Positions 36,443 to 41,277 of a stretch of 41,277 nucleotides of DNA are shown piece by piece. Both the position numbers and the translations under genes were made by a program. The stretch is taken from the NCBI GenBank assembly GCA_002269645.1, contig NIVC01003346.1:1-41277 (forward strand), in the 5' to 3' direction. Within the stretch, counting starts at the first letter, position 1; the number at the start of each line of letters is the position of its first letter. Under the pieces are notes generated by a model. The model did no database searches, was not told the DNA's origin, and saw only the letters and a list, made by a program, of their open reading frames with translations. The DNA comes from Macrostomum lignano (lineage: Eukaryota).

Positions 36443-38726
36443 TTATCTCCCGCGCAATTTGCATTCCTGTATTATCGGTCTGAAGCATCGACAGTGAGGG
36501 GAAATGAAAGCAAAAATCTCGGATGCATTTTTCTTCCTGGGATCCAAAATGCAAAAAATCTGTGCGGGCTTCGGTTGATGCAGTGGAAACCGGGGCGGGA
36601 GGGCGTCAGACCTCGGCCGGGGGGCAGAACTCGCCAGGCTGGCTGAAGCCGTCCGCCCTGCCACCCGGCCGCATCGGAGAACTCGCATCAGCTGCATCTC
36701 TTCGCCGAGGCCGGCGGCGCTGTCGTCTTCCTCGGCGTCGTCAGCGTCCATCATGGCGATGTCAGCTGGCTGCTGGCGCGGCTGGTCGTTGTGCTTTGCC
36801 GCTCCGCCGCCGCCTCCAGAGGCTGCCGCGGTGGCGGCGGCGGCGGCTGCTGCAGCGGCTGCCACAAATGCCGACGTCGCCGCCAAGCCGCCGCCGTTTT
36901 GCCGTCGCCGCCGCCGCTCCTCCAACCGATCGCGACGACTCAGATGAAGCGTCACGCCTTGGACGCACTTGACTACGAAGGTAACGAAGAAGTCGAACAG
37001 TTCAACGAAGGTCACGAGAGACATTCCGGCCCACAGGCCGAAGATGCCGCCGAGTTCAGAGAGCACTTCGACCAGGGTGTAGGACGGCGACTCGCGCATC
37101 ATGGTGCCCTTCGAATTCTCGGCGTACACGTGCACCTTGACGAAGTTCTCGCGCACAAAGCGTAGGCTGATGTTCCACGGACTGTGCGCGCTGCCGCCGC
37201 CGGCATCGCTGTCAGCCAGAATCAGATCGAGCAGCCCGAGCTCGCCCAACCGCCTGCCGCCTGGCCGCTGGCCGCCGGACACGATGAAGGTGTGCACGAA
37301 GGCCTCCAGGTCGGATGGCGACGGCCAGGGCACCCCGGCGCTTGCGTAGCTGAACTCGTCGCGCTGGCAGGCCTGCAGCCGGAGCACTCGGCCACGAAAC
37401 TGTCGGACATTTTCGTCCGCACGGCGCCTTCAACCCGGTTGAATCGCTGCAGCTGGGCCGCCTTCCAGCCGCTGTAGTTCCGCCGCCCGGTTCCGCCGTC
37501 GGCCACCCGGTGGCACAGGTTGCTCCGGTTGCCGGTGGGCAGGAAGGTGGACTCGCAGGAGCAGTCCGCCCGCAGCCGCGCCTGCCACAGTTGAACCACG
37601 CAATCCTTCAGGCGCCGCTTGAACACCCGGCGAGTGTCCGGCTCGGACACCCAGTAGGACACCCGGCCGTAGTCCTCAACGCAGCGGTGCCTGCTGCGGT
37701 TCACGTACAGATTGCGGGTCATTCGAAACCGGATGTCCGAGCTCCAGCCGTTGCCAACGTCGACGCCCTCCCAGTACAGGTGCGGGTAGGTGTCCGGCTC
37801 GTGCAGCAGGACTCGAACCCCGTTGGACGTCTGCATGCCGGCCTTGCCGAACACGGTGCCCAGCTGCTCCAGCACCGTCCGGTTCACCCTGGGCGGGTAG
37901 ATCACGTGATAGTCGCCGGTCGCCGACACCTGGTCCCTCGGCATGCTGCTGGTGTACAAGATCACGTCTAGCCCGTCGCCCGGCCCGTTGCCCTGGACGC
38001 TGCGGTCCTTCGGCCGGAAGCTCCAACAGTTCCAATGGTGCGAGCTCTGCACCAGATGGAAATCTGTCCACTTGCAGCGCGCCTTTTTGTAGAGACAGCC
38101 GACCAGGCCCAGGCTGAGGTTGTAGCCCAGCTGAGCTGTGGGCCGGCTGGCCCAGTAGTGCTGCAGGAACTGGTACCAGTTGAAGTAGTCGTGCGAGCTT
38201 AACAAGTCGGCCAGCTTTCTGGCCGGCCGGAGTACTGCTTGGCGTAGATCGGCCTCAGCCTGGCCAGCAGGTCGGCCATGCCAGCCTCGGCTTCAGCTCT
38301 GGCTGGCGTGTTGTAGTGCATCAGGGCGGCGGGCATCGGGCGCAGGTTGCAGAGGGTCACATCCGGGAACAGAGTGTCCACGCCCTGATTGAGTATCAGA
38401 GTGTTCACAGGCGTCGTGTTGAACTGCTTGACGGTGAGGTAGGCGTGCAGGCAGCCGGCAGCTGTGGTCAGGCAGGCCAGAGCCAGCCAGAACAGCCGCC
38501 TGCTGTAGCTGTCCGCTCTGAACAGCTGCGCCACTGCGTGCATGCTGGTGTGGTCGGCGAACCGGCCGACGTACATGAAAGCGCCGCGCATGGTGGCTCG
38601 GGGGCCTTCGCTGGCCGAGCTGGTGGCGGAGCCTCCTTGACGAGTGCCGGCCAGGTTGGCCACGCCTCGAGACCGGGCCAGTAGGGCGGCTGCAGCTGCG
38701 GCCAGCTGTCGGTCTCTGCCGTGCAT
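36443..38726 (-). pseudogene. Intronless DEG/ENaC-family sodium channel; frameshifted (pseudogene or assembly indels)
   Basis: Three overlapping minus ORFs give the motifs in order: FADHTSMHA, RRLFWL (TM1), FPDVTLCN, WNCWSF, GLDVILY, GVRVLLHEPDTYP, Cys-rich CSCE..C, PWPS, NFVKVHVY and LSELGGIFGLWAGMSLVTFVELF (TM2). Frameshifts at ~38217 and ~37370; the C-terminal end is uncertain. Confidence 0.88.
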
Positions 38727-39744
38727 GGCGAGTTCGCTGAGTCCGTTCCATACGCCAGCGCCCTGCGGCTCCTGTCGTGCTGATAAGAATCTCTTCGGCT
38801 TCTCAATTCAGTCGGCCTGCTCGAGCTCTCATTGGATGACAACTGGCTCTTAGCGACTGATGTCTGGGTTGGGATTTCTACTAGACTCTAGACTCTAGAT
38901 TCTGGTCAGGGTTAGGGATGATTGGTCAGGGTTAGGGTAAGAAGTTAGTGTTAAACCATGGCTCAATGTGGAGTTACTGAGATGCCTCTGATCAATGCGG
39001 AATTCTAAGATGCAAAGGTTCGCAGGATGCCGATACCAGTATGTTGAGTCAGCATGCTTTATATCAGGGTCGGTGCTTTTCTGCTTAAGATGTCTTAATT
39101 TCTAAGAAACTAACAGCAGTATCTGTACAAGACTTCCTGCTGGTAGAGTGTTTTCTTTCTTTGTTGGCCTCCCACAGCGGGTAAAAGTGGCGAACTGACG
39201 GTCAGGTTGTTTGCCATTGAATTATAAATTATTCTATTTTCAGTTATGGCCCACAAAATTCAGTCAACTTGCAAGCTTTCCAATTAAAAATAACCGCTAA
39301 ATTGAACTTTTAGCGGTCGAATGAAATAGGCATATTTCACATATTCGGGTTAAACTGGATTTATCCGCCGCACTCCTGAACAACATTTAGTAGTAGAAAT
39401 TTTGATAATCAGGCGTTAATCCAGATTAAATATTGTCATTCCTCTCTAAAGCCACTAGCTGCTTTCCATTGACAAAACTGGTTTCTGTTATTGCTTCACC
39501 GAAACTCTGATAGAATCTGCTGGCTTCTCACGACCCTCTGGATAAACTGGTTTGGCAATGTTTAACGAAAAGAGCTGCTTGCCATTTTACAGTGTGTATT
39601 TATATATATATATAGCTCGTACACAGTCCTCTCTGCCAATTCCCGAGATTTTGGGTGCTTGCGAACTTGAACTGAGGTAAGACTTGTCTCTGTTTCTCTT
39701 TTTTGTTTTGGTTCCGTAGAATAGGATCGTGGCCTCAGATACTC

Positions 39745-39845
39745 GAGGCCACACCCTCCTGTTAGTGAGGCCACACCCTCCTGTTAGTGAGGCCACACCC
39801 TCATGTTAGTGAGGCCACACCCTCCTGTTAGTGAGGCCACACCCT
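39745..39845. promoter_or_regulatory. 22-bp tandem carrying five GCCACACCC (KLF/SP CACCC-box) motifs
   Basis: GAGGCCACACCCTCCTGTTAGT x4 plus a partial fifth copy, between the divergent ENaC and PRODH genes. Function is inferred from the motif match only. Confidence 0.5.
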
Positions 39846-40177
39846 TTCTTTATTTGGGGTTACACCCTCATACGAGCTAGACTCAGGACAGCATTCCCAG
39901 ACACTCAGGACAGTATTTCCAGACATTCAGGACTACATTCTCAGAGATCCCCGATCACACACTCAGACCAAGGACCACAAATGAGACGATGCTCACACAA
40001 CTACACTCACGTATCGCCGACCGCATTCCAATTCAAGATCTCACCTGACTGAAGCAGTCGGATGTTGCTACGCGGACTTCCAAAATTTGCTCTCCAACGA
40101 CTGGTCTCCGCTCGTCTGCTCTGCGTTGGAATCGAACCCAGGACCGATGCTGGACAGCTACCTATAACCGAATTGTA

Positions 40178-40259
40178 ACCGGAAGTGGACCAGCTGGCAT
40201 CGGCTCAACCGGAAGTACGATTGGAACTAAAATTTTTAACGAACCACCCAATGACGTCA
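40178..40259 (+). promoter_or_regulatory. Proximal promoter motifs: two ETS sites and a full CRE
   Basis: ACCGGAAGTG (40178-40187), ACCGGAAGTA (40208-40217) and TGACGTCA (40252-40259, overlapping CCAAT), 25-107 bp upstream of the PRODH ATG. Confidence 0.6.
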
Positions 40260-40284
40260 TATTCACCGCAATCGAAAGTAGAAA

Positions 40285-40695
40285 ATGCCTTTCAATGGCA
40301 CGAAAAGTACATCTAGCAGTAATGCCAGAGACGCCAAAAGTGACATCAATTTCCTGGATTATCGGGCGGTGCAGGCCAGCAAGACTAGAGCAGAGTTAAT
40401 TCGCGCCTTAGCCGTCCTGCACTTGTGCTCAATCGATCTGTTCGTAAGCCGGGCGCTTCTGTGGATGCGCCTGGGCCGGCGCCTGCTGGGCCAACGCTGC
40501 TTCGACGCCCTGATGAGGCGCAGCTTCTTCGGCCAGTTTGTAGGCGGCGCCACTGAAGCTGAGCTGCGCCAGACAGCCGAGGCGCAACGGCGCCAAGGAC
40601 TCCGGCCAATGATCGCCGTGCCAATGGAGGAGCCGATGAGAAAACTTTCAGATGAGGAGTTGACGCGCCTGTACGAAGAGAACACAGCCAAGCAG
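40285..40695 (+). CDS. PRODH2: Proline/hydroxyproline dehydrogenase, PRODH2-like, exon 1 (gene continues past the window)
   Basis: KTRAELIRALAVLHLC...SFFGQFVGGATEAE...LRPMIAVPMEE resembles PRODH2 (ELTRALLVLRLC...GQFVAGET...LRPLLAVPTEE). Donor CAG|GTGAAA at 40695/40696. The paralog call is less certain than the family call. Confidence 0.82.
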
Positions 40696-40711
40696 GTGAA
40701 AATTGGTGGTG

Positions 40712-40970
40712 TCGGAGTGAGGTGGATGTCAGGAGTGAGGTGGATGTCGGGAGTGAGGTGGTGTCAGTAGCGGTGGGTGTTGGGACTGAGGTGGATGTCA
40801 GGAGTGAGGTGGATGTTGGAGTGAGGTGGGTGTCAGTACGGGGTGGTCGGGAGTGAGGTGGATGTCAGGAGTGAGGTGGGTGTCGGGAGTGAGGTGGATG
40901 TCGGGAGTGAGGTGGATGTCGGAGTGAGGTGGATGTCGGGAGTGAGGTGGATGTCGGGAGTGAGGTGGGT
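40712..40970. repeat. 18-bp minisatellite starting 16 bp after the PRODH donor
   Basis: GGGAGTGAGGTGGATGTC, about 13 copies. Confidence 0.95.
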
Positions 40971-41277
40971 CGAGATTCTTTTAAAGCGTACAATCTAAAA
41001 TTCATAAACTTCTATTATCTGTGGAATATTTTCTTAAAAATGGGGTCAGAGTGCTCCCCTGGTCAGTGGCTTGTACTTTTACAAGAGTTGCCCAACATTT
41101 CTTCCAGACCGCATTTTCTCTTTATTTCTTGTTCTCTTATCAGCTGGCTAAGGAGCGTGACAGGCTAAGATCGCTAAGATCGATGACTGCGATAATTTAG
41201 CTAGCCAGTAATTGCGATTCGTGAATTATCCTAGCCAGTGGAGGGCTTATTAGGTTAAGCCAGTAAATTTATCTATA

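Noticed and set aside
36523-38853. Multiple plus-strand and alternative-frame ORFs over the ENaC gene (similar ones over the ZF gene at 7367-8397)
   Set aside because: Shadow ORFs of GC-rich coding sequence with no recognisable motifs.

Overview
Eukaryotic, repeat-rich genomic DNA from an invertebrate animal. The GC-rich exons, (GACA)n microsatellites and minisatellite-filled introns resemble the flatworm Macrostomum, but that taxon call is an inference. Supported genes: a 5-finger C2H2 zinc-finger exon (7397-8364, +), an intronless Mediator MED11 (10482-10931, +), a 9-exon BCH/CRAL-TRIO + RhoGAP gene of the ARHGAP1/8 family (12401-22706, +), an intronless DEG/ENaC channel broken by at least two frameshifts (38726-36443, -), and exon 1 of a PRODH2-like proline/hydroxyproline dehydrogenase (40285-40695, +). 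Mobile DNA includes two Helitron-like elements, a decayed LINE AP-endonuclease, several MITEs, an LTR remnant, tRNA-derived SINEs, a TTAGGG-carrying element family and a nearly intact DD34D mariner. About 15 unrelated micro/minisatellite arrays fill introns and intergenic space. The most unusual signal is a sharply bounded ~3.8 kb block of transposon remnants (3545-7370) that has lost almost all CpG. Its internal repeat copies record C>T/G>A changes in CpA/TpG context too, which resembles fungal RIP hypermutation. Other highlights are a 2.2 kb AG-free array of branch-point-like motifs in RhoGAP intron 3 and a ~1.2 kb microsatellite foldback in intron 2. All counts were made by eye and need computational confirmation.
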